Shown here: one piece after another, positions 1 through 7,501 of the stretch
How positions within the stretch are numbered: the first letter of the stretch is position 1
Layout of the letters: each line of letters starts with the position of its first letter
Virus record (IMG/VR): IMGVR_UViG_3300031787_000077
Span: 52,658 to 72,657 of that record
Length of the DNA: 20,000 bases
Direction: 5' to 3' (one strand)
Source: an uncultured virus (IMG/VR IMGVR_UViG_3300031787_000077)
Taxonomy: Duplodnaviria > Heunggongvirae > Uroviricota > Caudoviricetes
Position numbers and translations under genes: made by a program
Notes under the pieces: model-generated
Told to the model about the DNA's origin: nothing
Databases searched by the model: none
What the model saw: the letters and a program-made list of their open reading frames with translations, nothing else

Positions 1-2
1 TG

Positions 3-737
3 GCAAATGGATATACAGAACAATTTGTCAAAACTGCCGCACACTTACGCAAATCTTTTCCAGAAATTATTTTAATGGCTGGGAATGTGGTTACTCCAGA
101 AATGACTGAAGAACTTATTCTTCATGGCAAAGTTGATATAGTCAAGGTTGGTATAGGCTCAGGTAGTGTTTGCACCACACGTTTAAAAACGGGCGTGGGA
201 TACCCTCAATTGAGCGCTATAATGGAATGCGCCGACGCTGCTCATGGTCTAAAAGGTCATTTATGTAGCGATGGAGGATGTAAAATTGTTGGAGATATTT
301 GTAAGGCATTTGGTGGTAATAGTGATTTTGTAATGCTTGGTAGTATGTTTGCTGGAGCGGATGAGTGTGAGGGAGAATGGGAATATGAATATCGCGGAGC
401 CATAATTAATAACGACAACACTGTACTCTGTGAGTGGTGGCAGCCGAACGATCCTGGTTCACAAACAGAAAAAAGAAAAAAAACGTTTAAGTATTATGGA
501 ATGAGCAGTAAAAACGCGATGGACAAACACCATAATGGAGTAGCAGATTACAGAACAGCAGAGGGTAAATGTGTTACTGTTCCATATAAAGGACCAGCAT
601 CAGAAATTATACAAGATATCTATGGTGGCTTAAGAAGCGCATGCACATATATTGGAGCAAATAATATAAAAGATTTTGGCAAAAAAACAACATTTATACA
701 AGTTAATAACACTCATAATAAGGTATATGAAAAATGA
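3..737 (+). CDS. guaC: GMP reductase (type 1), 5'-truncated by the window edge
   Basis: The frame is open from nt 3 ([10 protein letters not shown]...). Motifs [29 protein letters not shown] (catalytic Cys), GYPQLSA, DGGC, YYGMSS, YRTAEGK and [12 protein letters not shown] match E. coli-type GuaC. The ATG at 75 is internal. Confidence 0.95.
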   Translation, partial: ANGYTEQFVKTAAHLRKSFPEIILMAGNVVTPEMTEELILHGKVDIVKVGIGSGSVCTTRLKTGVGYPQLSAIMECADAAHGLKGHLCSDGGCKIVGDICKAFGGNSDFVMLGSMFAGADECEGEWEYEYRGAIINNDNTVLCEWWQPNDPGSQTEKRKKTFKYYGMSSKNAMDKHHNGVADYRTAEGKCVTVPYKGPASEIIQDIYGGLRSACTYIGANNIKDFGKKTTFIQVNNTHNKVYEK

Positions 738-1807
738 ATATTTTTTCTCCAGTTAGTGCGCATACAGGATATGGTTTAGTTGGATATAATATATGGAAAC
801 ATATCTATAATCATAGTCCTGAGAAGACCACATTATTTTTACAAGGACAAGGTAGTTTTGAACAAAATTGGGATATATCTGCCTTAAAACAAAGTATTGA
901 TAATAGAATTCATTTTAATAAAGATGCTCCATGCTTTAAGCTATGGCATGGTAATGACTTATTTACTAGAACTATTGGTAATTCTAAGTATGGAGTATTG
1001 TCATTTTTTGAAATTGATAAACTAACTCCTATAGAAAAAGTAAGCTATAATAGTGCTGATATTATTATGATGCCATCATTATGGGCAAAAAATGTCTTAG
1101 AAAATAATGGTGTGACCAAACCAATAGTAGTTATACCACAAGGCGTAGATACCACTATTTTTAATGGACTAGTTTCGCCTCCAGATAAAGAAACCAGAAA
1201 CACATTTGTCTTTTTAAATGTAGGCAAGTGGGAAGTACGTAAAGGTCATGATATATTAGTAGATATGTTTAATAATGCTTTTAATGAAGAAGATGATGTG
1301 GAATTATGGATGATTAATCATAATCCTTTTTTAAATAATGAACAAACTAAACAGTGGGGTGAATTATATTCGTCATCTAAATTGGGTTCAAAGATTAGAT
1401 TTTTTCCACGACTACCAGATCAAGCAACATTGTCTAAAGTTATGTCATATGCTGATTGTGGAATATTTCCATCAAGAGGAGAAGGATGGAATAATGAAGC
1501 TTTAGAGATGATGGCAATGAATAAACCAGTTATTATCACAAACTATTCGGCGCACACACAGTTTTGCAATAAAGATAATTCATATTTAATTGATATTCAA
1601 GAAACAGAGTCTGCATTTGATAATATGTGGTTTCATGGCGAAGGTAATTGGGCCACAATTGGTCCTGATCAAATAGACCAAAGTATAGAACATATGAGAT
1701 ATGTCTATAAAAATAATATTAGAACAAATCCTAGTGGACTACAAACAGCACAAGATCATTCTTGGACTAAAACGGCCAATAGCATCATATCTACTATGTA
1801 TAGTTAA
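734..1807 (+). CDS. GT-B fold glycosyltransferase (GT4 / Glycos_transf_1-like)
   Basis: Motifs [18 protein letters not shown] and [28 protein letters not shown] (EX7E motif). ATGA overlap with the guaC stop. Confidence 0.9.
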   Translation: MNIFSPVSAHTGYGLVGYNIWKHIYNHSPEKTTLFLQGQGSFEQNWDISALKQSIDNRIHFNKDAPCFKLWHGNDLFTRTIGNSKYGVLSFFEIDKLTPIEKVSYNSADIIMMPSLWAKNVLENNGVTKPIVVIPQGVDTTIFNGLVSPPDKETRNTFVFLNVGKWEVRKGHDILVDMFNNAFNEEDDVELWMINHNPFLNNEQTKQWGELYSSSKLGSKIRFFPRLPDQATLSKVMSYADCGIFPSRGEGWNNEALEMMAMNKPVIITNYSAHTQFCNKDNSYLIDIQETESAFDNMWFHGEGNWATIGPDQIDQSIEHMRYVYKNNIRTNPSGLQTAQDHSWTKTANSIISTMYS

Positions 1808-1815
1808 TTGGTGTA
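1808..1815 (+). promoter_or_regulatory. Recurrent intergenic motif TTGGTGTA, candidate phage promoter (copy 1)
   Basis: The identical 8-mer occurs in intergenic gaps at 1808, 6031 and 16111. Here it is followed by an AGGAGA RBS and the ATG at 1840. Confidence 0.55.
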
Positions 1816-1839
1816 ATCAAATTAAATAGGAGATACTAT

Positions 1840-2349
1840 ATGCCAATACCAAAAAGAAAACAAAACGAAGACAAAAACACTTATGTGTCTCGTTGCATGG
1901 GTAATGAGACGATGAAAAAGGACTATCCAGACTCAAAACAAAGAGTAGCCATCTGTTTAGGACAAACACGCACAAAAAGTAATCTCATAGAAGAAGTTCA
2001 TGATGAGCTTTTTGCTAAAAATTGTTCATGGGATGATGAGTGGGATGAGTTTGTATGGGAAGTAGAAGCTAAAGAGATTTTTGATGAAGAAGGCAAGAGT
2101 TTAGGATCAGAATATCAGGGGAGAAAAGTAACACTAAATAAGCCCTTTAGAACACCAGATGGTCCAAAGAAATTTGCTGTTTATGTAAAAAATGAAAGTG
2201 GTAATGTTGTGATTGTACGTTTTGGTGATCCTAATATGAAAATCAAGAAAAATATTCCAGAGCGTAGAAAAAGCTTTAGGGCTCGACACAATTGTGATAA
2301 TCCGGGTCCAAAATTTAAAGCCCGATATTGGGCTTGTAAGTCATGGTAA
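1840..2349 (+). CDS. Hypothetical phage protein: two basic modules joined by an acidic linker
   Basis: AGGAGA RBS. N-terminal MPIPK...SRCM...QRVAIC module, acidic linker (WDDEWDEF), C-terminal KKFAVYV...FGDP...RRKSFRARHNC...YWAC-W module of a type I recall from large-phage hypothetical proteins. Confidence 0.8.
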   Translation: MPIPKRKQNEDKNTYVSRCMGNETMKKDYPDSKQRVAICLGQTRTKSNLIEEVHDELFAKNCSWDDEWDEFVWEVEAKEIFDEEGKSLGSEYQGRKVTLNKPFRTPDGPKKFAVYVKNESGNVVIVRFGDPNMKIKKNIPERRKSFRARHNCDNPGPKFKARYWACKSW

Positions 2350-2371
2350 TAAAAAAATAAGGAGAATAACT

Positions 2372-2860
2372 ATGTCTGAACGCATCAAAGATATTTTAAA
2401 TTCTGTTAATGAAACTCTTCATAACACAAAATCTCAAGATACTGACTTTACTGAAGTTGAAGAAATGGAAGTTGAAAGTCCAGAAATGGAATTGATGGAA
2501 TATAAAAACGATTTTTATCAAATGAGTGTTGGTGCCATAAAATCAATTGCCACACACGCAAATGTTATCCTACAAGCATTAGATAATCCTAGCGTAAAGG
2601 AAGCCTTGACAGAAAGCTGGCTACAGGGTAAAATCGCCGTGACCGAAGATTATATGATCACGATCCACAATTTTGTCATGTTTGGTAAAACAGAAACCGA
2701 TACTGAAGGTAGCGTTTCTGAACACGCCACAAATGGCGATAAACCTGGACTGTGGGATAATATTCGTAAGAAAAAGGAAAAGATGGGCAAAAATTATCGA
2801 CCAGCTAAACCTGGAGATAAAGATAGACCCGATCCAGAACAATGGAAAAAATTAACTTAG
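2372..2860 (+). CDS. Hypothetical phage protein (acidic N-terminus, basic C-terminal module)
   Basis: The strong AGGAGA RBS precedes the ATG at 2372, so this start is preferred over 2294. Contains SWLQGKI...EDY and KPGLWDNIRKK modules. Confidence 0.8.
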   Translation: MSERIKDILNSVNETLHNTKSQDTDFTEVEEMEVESPEMELMEYKNDFYQMSVGAIKSIATHANVILQALDNPSVKEALTESWLQGKIAVTEDYMITIHNFVMFGKTETDTEGSVSEHATNGDKPGLWDNIRKKKEKMGKNYRPAKPGDKDRPDPEQWKKLT

Positions 2861-2867
2861 TAGTTAA

Positions 2868-2879
2868 TTAGTATAAATA
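2868..2879 (+). promoter_or_regulatory. Variant motif TTAGTATA overlapping TATAAATA, upstream of the sigma gene
   Basis: 2861-2876 TAGTTAATTAGTATAA matches 1801-1816 TAGTTAATTGGTGTAA at 14 of 16 positions. It contains TATAAATA (2872-2879), the T4 late-promoter consensus. Confidence 0.4.
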
Positions 2880-2909
2880 CTAGGACTCTTATTAAGGATT
2901 AAATAAAAC

Positions 2910-3566
2910 ATGATAGATATTGTATCTGTTGGTAATCAAAAATTATCTTATAAAGACCATGCTGATATTCAATTTGAGTCTTTACCATTCTATTTAGAAT
3001 TAGCACAAAAAGCCATATCTAAATTTGGTAAGAACTTTTCTGCAAATATTAGCAAGGAAATGTTGAGAAGTGAGGACGCTATAGCGTCGGTAGCAAACTG
3101 TATAATGATGGCAGATTGGAGATGGGATAAAGATCGGAAGGGAGATTCTGGTTTACAAAAAACTAAATATTCTTATAGAAATCAGTGCGCTATTTGGGCA
3201 ATCAAAAGCTATATCAGCCGTAAGAAGAATAAAAAGAGTAAAAGAGGTATCGAGATCAATGGCTGCTATGATAGCGAACAAGATTACTCATTATTAGATA
3301 TCTTATGTATTGAAAATGAATGTCCAGTTGAAACACTACAAAATAAAGAAGAAGATCAAAATCTTAAAAATTATTTTAAGCAAATATTAGATCCTAACAA
3401 TAAATTGCTCTCAGAAAGACAGTCTCAATATATCAAAATGTATTATTTTGAGAATAAGACATTTGCTGAAATCGGCAAAAGGTTTTCTGTAACCAGAGAG
3501 GCCGTAAGACAAGGTATCAAAAAGGCAATTATAAAAATTAAGGAGGTTAGCGAAGCACATGCCTAA
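2910..3566 (+). CDS. Phage-encoded sigma-70 family RNA polymerase sigma factor
   Basis: Region-4 HTH LSERQSQYIKMYYFENKTFAEIGKRFSVTREAVRQGIKKAIIKIK. Divergent region-2-like segment (IMMADWRWDKDR...YSYRNQCAIWAIKSY). AAGGA RBS. Confidence 0.85.
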   Translation: MIDIVSVGNQKLSYKDHADIQFESLPFYLELAQKAISKFGKNFSANISKEMLRSEDAIASVANCIMMADWRWDKDRKGDSGLQKTKYSYRNQCAIWAIKSYISRKKNKKSKRGIEINGCYDSEQDYSLLDILCIENECPVETLQNKEEDQNLKNYFKQILDPNNKLLSERQSQYIKMYYFENKTFAEIGKRFSVTREAVRQGIKKAIIKIKEVSEAHA

Positions 3567-3957
3567 TGTTAAAATATTATTGAGTGTTATTAGTGCGGAA
3601 CCAACAAGAAATGAAAAATACGTCTTATCTTCAACAGATCATCAAATAATATTCCCATCATTTGAATTAGTATCTGGTGATAAGATTGAAGATGAAATTA
3701 TAAATTTTTTGGGTAATTTTTTTGGACCACTAGCCCTGAAAGGCCACGCCTCCAGTTTAGGATTGTTGAGTGTGAATCATCATAATGTTCAAAATCTGCT
3801 AGACTGCAAAAATACCATATATATACTATATGGTTTAGTAACTCATAAACTACCAATTTATAATTCTGGTGTGGTATGGAAATCTTTTAATTTTTTAGAT
3901 CTATCTATACCAAATGAACTAGCAATTATTGGTGAAACTATCAGATTAGGATTTTAA
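3559..3957 (+). CDS. Hypothetical protein, possibly a degenerate Nudix fold
   Basis: Overlaps the sigma stop by 8 nt. The pattern KYVLS...FPSFELVSGDKIEDEIINFLGNFFG...IYILY...VVW...AII resembles Nudix topology but lacks the GX5EX7REUXEEXGU box. The CDS is solid; the fold call is tentative. Confidence 0.6.
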   Translation: MPNVKILLSVISAEPTRNEKYVLSSTDHQIIFPSFELVSGDKIEDEIINFLGNFFGPLALKGHASSLGLLSVNHHNVQNLLDCKNTIYILYGLVTHKLPIYNSGVVWKSFNFLDLSIPNELAIIGETIRLGF

Positions 3958-4284
3958 ATGATATTAAGCATATTCAAAAAAATATTTAATAAAAAATCAC
4001 AAAAAATTACTAAATTAGAATTTAATCTTGATGATAGTATAATCAATACAATCTTTTATCATTATGACGAAACCACTGAGGATGCCCATAAAATAGCTAA
4101 CATAATTTATGCTTTAAATACAGGATTATTATCAAAACAAATTATAGATAGTATAATTAGTCTGAAAACTAATAATAAACAATTTATTACAGATATTTTA
4201 AGTAGAATAAACTATTTAAGCACCTTAACATTAGATAATGTTGTAGTAACTCCACTGGAAACTTTTAATAAAAATGCAAAATAA
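3958..4284 (+). CDS. Hypothetical protein
   Basis: The ATG directly abuts the upstream stop, and the gene overlaps the downstream gene by 11 nt. No recognisable motif. Confidence 0.7.
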   Translation: MILSIFKKIFNKKSQKITKLEFNLDDSIINTIFYHYDETTEDAHKIANIIYALNTGLLSKQIIDSIISLKTNNKQFITDILSRINYLSTLTLDNVVVTPLETFNKNAK

Positions 4285-4702
4285 TCCTACTATAGTTTGG
4301 GAAAAATGGGTTGATCCATACGGAAATAATCCAGAAGATATAGAGTGGCCAGGATATGATTCTGATCATATTATTGATGATCATGATGAAGAATCTGAAC
4401 ACAAGCCTAAAGTTAGCAAAATTAATGCTATAGTCACTTCGATGGGTATTATTCCATTTAATGAACATACAGATTGTAGTAAAATTTTTAATTTTTGGGT
4501 AGGACACACCAATTTTAGTATTACTCAATATATTGCTCATATTTTGCAGTCTATAGAGGGGGTTGAGACTTTGGATATATTTACTAGATATAGATTTAGA
4601 ATAGCATTTGGTAAGGCGTTTGATGATAGACAAGTGATGGATACTATAAATAGTAAAATCAAAACATTATTTATCACAAATGCCAATGAATCCGAATTTT
4701 GA
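4274..4702 (+). CDS. Hypothetical phage protein (acidic N-terminus, small alpha/beta C-terminal domain)
   Basis: Coupled to both neighbours. The C-terminus IAHILQSIEGVETLDIFTRYRFRIAFGKAF looks like a small folded domain. Confidence 0.75.
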   Translation: MQNNPTIVWEKWVDPYGNNPEDIEWPGYDSDHIIDDHDEESEHKPKVSKINAIVTSMGIIPFNEHTDCSKIFNFWVGHTNFSITQYIAHILQSIEGVETLDIFTRYRFRIAFGKAFDDRQVMDTINSKIKTLFITNANESEF

Positions 4703-5357
4703 ACAAAAATTATCCAATATCCATCATTATGGTATTGATCCAGAAAATAGAGAAATATTTCTCCATTCACACATGATGGATTGCGAGGATGAAAATGGCG
4801 TAGATTATAGATGTGCTGTGACTTTTGAAAAAAATTTACGCTACCTTAATACCATATCATTTGATCCTATTATTATACATATGCATATGCCGGGCGGCGA
4901 TTGGTCGGATTGTTTGGGTATATATGACGCTATGCAACACTCACAATCTCCCATTGCCTGCGTAGCATATGCTAAAGCAGAATCTGCTAGTGGTGTTATT
5001 TTCCAAGCGGCCGATCTGAGAATATTAATGCCTAATGCATATATGCTTATTCATTATGGGTCTTTATCACTAGATGGTGAACACAAAGCGGCCCTTAGTA
5101 ATCTAAAATGGAACGAACAAGAAGCATCAAAAATGATAGAAATTTTTACAGAGAAATGCTGCTTGTCTCCAATGGCTAAAGAAAAAATGTGGAAAAAATC
5201 AATGATAAAAAAACATATAACCTCCCAACTGTCTAATAAATCAGATTGGATACTTACAGCTAACGAATCGGTGTATTATGGTTTTGCTGATGGTATATTT
5301 GGCACATCACCATATCAATCCATAGAACACATCAAGAAAAAATTAGCGAAAAAATAA
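4680..5357 (+). CDS. clpP: ClpP-like serine protease (peptidase S14)
   Basis: NREIFL, HMHMPGGD...GIYDAM (cf. INSPGG...AIYDTM), AES (Ser102), MLIHY (His125), SDWILTANESVYYGFADGI (Asp189). The start may be 4680 or 4686. Confidence 0.88.
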   Translation: MPMNPNFEQKLSNIHHYGIDPENREIFLHSHMMDCEDENGVDYRCAVTFEKNLRYLNTISFDPIIIHMHMPGGDWSDCLGIYDAMQHSQSPIACVAYAKAESASGVIFQAADLRILMPNAYMLIHYGSLSLDGEHKAALSNLKWNEQEASKMIEIFTEKCCLSPMAKEKMWKKSMIKKHITSQLSNKSDWILTANESVYYGFADGIFGTSPYQSIEHIKKKLAKK

Positions 5358-5995
5358 TGTTTATAGAATACTATATTACTAATATAGACGAAAAAGAAAT
5401 TGAACTAAAAAATAATATAGAACAAATTATACAATACCCCATATCAGGCATAGTAGCGTCTCATCCACAAAGCAAATTTATAAAAAAAAATTTTCCTAAT
5501 ATTCGTACCGGTTGCTTTGTAGATTATCCCATAGCTAATAATGATATTGATCGTAGACCAGATTTAATCAAAGACGCAATCAGTATTGAATGTAATTATA
5601 TTAATATTACCATACCATTCTATTATATTATTAATAGAAAATATAATAAATTTAGAGAAGATATAAAAAAAAATTTAGATATCTGTAACTCCCATTCTAT
5701 AGAATTAAGATATATTCTAGAATATCGTAAATTTGATCACCAGCTATTATTAAAGGTTTGTGAAATTCTATTAGAAAATCAGATCAATACCATATATCCT
5801 TCAACGGGACTGTTTTTAGATAATATCGAAGACAATACTATAGCATGTGCCTATCTCAATAATAAAACAGGCATTAATACTATTGTAAATGGTAATATTT
5901 GGAAAAAAGACCAAATCACACAAATACATAAAATTCAACCATATGGATTTAGTACAAATCAAATAGAGACTGTAAAGCTTGCTTTAATACCATAA
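5357..5995 (+). CDS. DeoC (deoxyribose-phosphate aldolase)-like TIM barrel, probably catalytically inactive
   Basis: CFVDYP (cf. TVVGFP), LRYILE (cf. LKVILE), IYPSTG (cf. IKTSTG), NTIVNGNI (cf. GVKASGGI). The key lysines are absent. TAATG overlap with clpP. Confidence 0.7.
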   Translation: MFIEYYITNIDEKEIELKNNIEQIIQYPISGIVASHPQSKFIKKNFPNIRTGCFVDYPIANNDIDRRPDLIKDAISIECNYINITIPFYYIINRKYNKFREDIKKNLDICNSHSIELRYILEYRKFDHQLLLKVCEILLENQINTIYPSTGLFLDNIEDNTIACAYLNNKTGINTIVNGNIWKKDQITQIHKIQPYGFSTNQIETVKLALIP

Positions 5996-6030
5996 TAATA
6001 ATAGCCAATAAATATACAAACTTATGTTAT

Positions 6031-6038
6031 TTGGTGTA
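6031..6038 (+). promoter_or_regulatory. TTGGTGTA motif (copy 2)
   Basis: Intergenic, upstream of a GGAGA RBS and the ATG at 6086. Confidence 0.55.
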
Positions 6039-6085
6039 TAGAACTTTGAATCTCATATTAATGCAAATTTTCATGGAGAAAACAA

Positions 6086-6688
6086 ATGCCTATTACACAA
6101 ATTGTAGCAGTAAAAGCTGATGGTAGTGAGTATAATACAGTACCACCCAATGCCACGGGTAGTGGTGCTGGCGGTAATGGCGGTTCTGTTGCTAAAGCCT
6201 CAGACTCGTCTTTGCTTGATGGCGTAAGTGTGGCACGATATGATGCTGGTGTTTTTGGTTCGACCGTTTTAGATAATAATCATATTGATAAGGCTTTATC
6301 TGGCGGCACTTTAGCTTATAATAATCCTGGCCCAATAGCCAAAAAGATTACTTCAGATCTTAATGGATCAGCAAATGATGTGCTTCGTAGTGGCGCTGCT
6401 CAACCAACATTAGTTCAGAGTATCCATAAGATTCAAGTAGAAGGTATGGGGTATGCTGAAGGTGTTAGAACCACAAAGACTACTTCTGCTATTAGAGGTG
6501 GCTACTGGAATATTTACAATGGTCAATTTGCTGGTGGCTATCCTCAGTCATCTGTTGATGTATTGAGTTTAGCTCCTTCATATCAAGATAGTGCTGCTAA
6601 TCCTACACGAGCCATACCGGGTAGAATTACATATAAAACATCAGCACCAGTATCAGTAAATACTAATTACAAAAAGAAAACTGGCTGA
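6086..6688 (+). CDS. Hypothetical protein, probable virion structural protein
   Basis: GGAGA RBS. Gly/Ala/Ser-rich composition. First gene of the tail/structural module. Confidence 0.7.
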   Translation: MPITQIVAVKADGSEYNTVPPNATGSGAGGNGGSVAKASDSSLLDGVSVARYDAGVFGSTVLDNNHIDKALSGGTLAYNNPGPIAKKITSDLNGSANDVLRSGAAQPTLVQSIHKIQVEGMGYAEGVRTTKTTSAIRGGYWNIYNGQFAGGYPQSSVDVLSLAPSYQDSAANPTRAIPGRITYKTSAPVSVNTNYKKKTG

Positions 6689-6720
6689 TAATTTATATAA
6701 GCCTCATACTGATTTAGTGT

Positions 6721-6759
6721 ATATAAGCTAGTAGAGTATTCTGCTAGCTTATATTCTTT
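6721..6759 (+). terminator. 15-bp stem-loop followed by TCTTT (possible intrinsic terminator or operator)
   Basis: ATATAAGCTAGTAGA-GTAT-TCTGCTAGCTTATAT: 14 Watson-Crick pairs plus one G-U pair, 4-nt loop. Short U tract. Confidence 0.55.
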
Positions 6760-6771
6760 AATGAGGTCTCT

Positions 6772-7092
6772 ATGAGTGAAACTATTATACATTTCTGGGA
6801 AAATATTGCTACTACTAGCATAGGAATTATTGTGACCATGTTAGGATTTTGGGTGGCTATTGGCCGTAAAATGGTCACTAAAAGTGAAGTGCTTGAAATA
6901 GTTAAAAATGAAAGCCCCTATCTGATTGATAGGCAGTTTATCATGGAAAGATTAGCCATGAATAAAGAAACTCAGGCCGCATTTGCTAATGCTTTACAAC
7001 GCAATACTGAAGTTATGAATGATCTTAAGGTTCAATTAGCAACACTAGGTAAAACTCTAGAAGCTTTAGAAGATAGAATAGAAAGAGCATAG
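6772..7092 (+). CDS. Single-pass membrane protein with C-terminal coiled coil (possibly lysis-related)
   Basis: GAGG RBS. Hydrophobic helix IATTSIGIIVTMLGFWVAIG followed by RK. Heptad pattern in LQRNTEVMNDLKVQLATLGKTLEALEDRIE. Confidence 0.75.
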   Translation: MSETIIHFWENIATTSIGIIVTMLGFWVAIGRKMVTKSEVLEIVKNESPYLIDRQFIMERLAMNKETQAAFANALQRNTEVMNDLKVQLATLGKTLEALEDRIERA

Positions 7093-7096
7093 ACTT

Positions 7097-7498
7097 ATGA
7101 AAGCATCATTATATGATTTTGCAATTGATCAGGGCAGTTCTTTTAGATTATCATTTATTTATAAAGATGCCCAAGGTAATCCTATTGACTTAACTGGGTG
7201 GTGCGCACGACTAATTTGGAAAACAAACAAAGGAGATGTTCAAACATTTATTACCACAAATGTAGATTATACAATATATAAATTTACTATTGATCCCTTG
7301 TTGGGTAAAGTAACTTTACTTTTGCCGCCATCAACAACTAATAACTTAGCGTTTAATACCGCTAAATATGATTTAGAACTTCAAAGCGATGATGAGATTT
7401 ATACAGGGGCTGGTAAAAATATAATTAGATTACTATATGGTAATATTACTCTTAATCCAAGATTTAGTAAAACTGATACCTTATTAAACTGTGATTAA
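7097..7498 (+). CDS. Tail-fiber adaptor/baseplate beta-sandwich protein (LtfC/p132-like)
   Basis: YDFAIDQGSSF...YKD..G.PIDLTGW.AR...YDLEL...RLLYGNITL is the characteristic pattern of this family. It lies directly upstream of the tail fiber. Confidence 0.7.
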   Translation: MKASLYDFAIDQGSSFRLSFIYKDAQGNPIDLTGWCARLIWKTNKGDVQTFITTNVDYTIYKFTIDPLLGKVTLLLPPSTTNNLAFNTAKYDLELQSDDEIYTGAGKNIIRLLYGNITLNPRFSKTDTLLNCD

Positions 7499-7501
7499 AA
7501 T

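Noticed and set aside
2294..2371. ORF-track starts at 2294, 11716 and 75
   Set aside because: Better starts are 2372 (AGGAGA RBS) and 11755 (ATG just after the upstream stop). guaC begins upstream of the window.
2872..2879. T4-type late promoter TATAAATA as a system
   Set aside because: Only one intergenic instance was noticed, in very AT-rich DNA. It is better explained as a variant of the TTRGTRTA motif.
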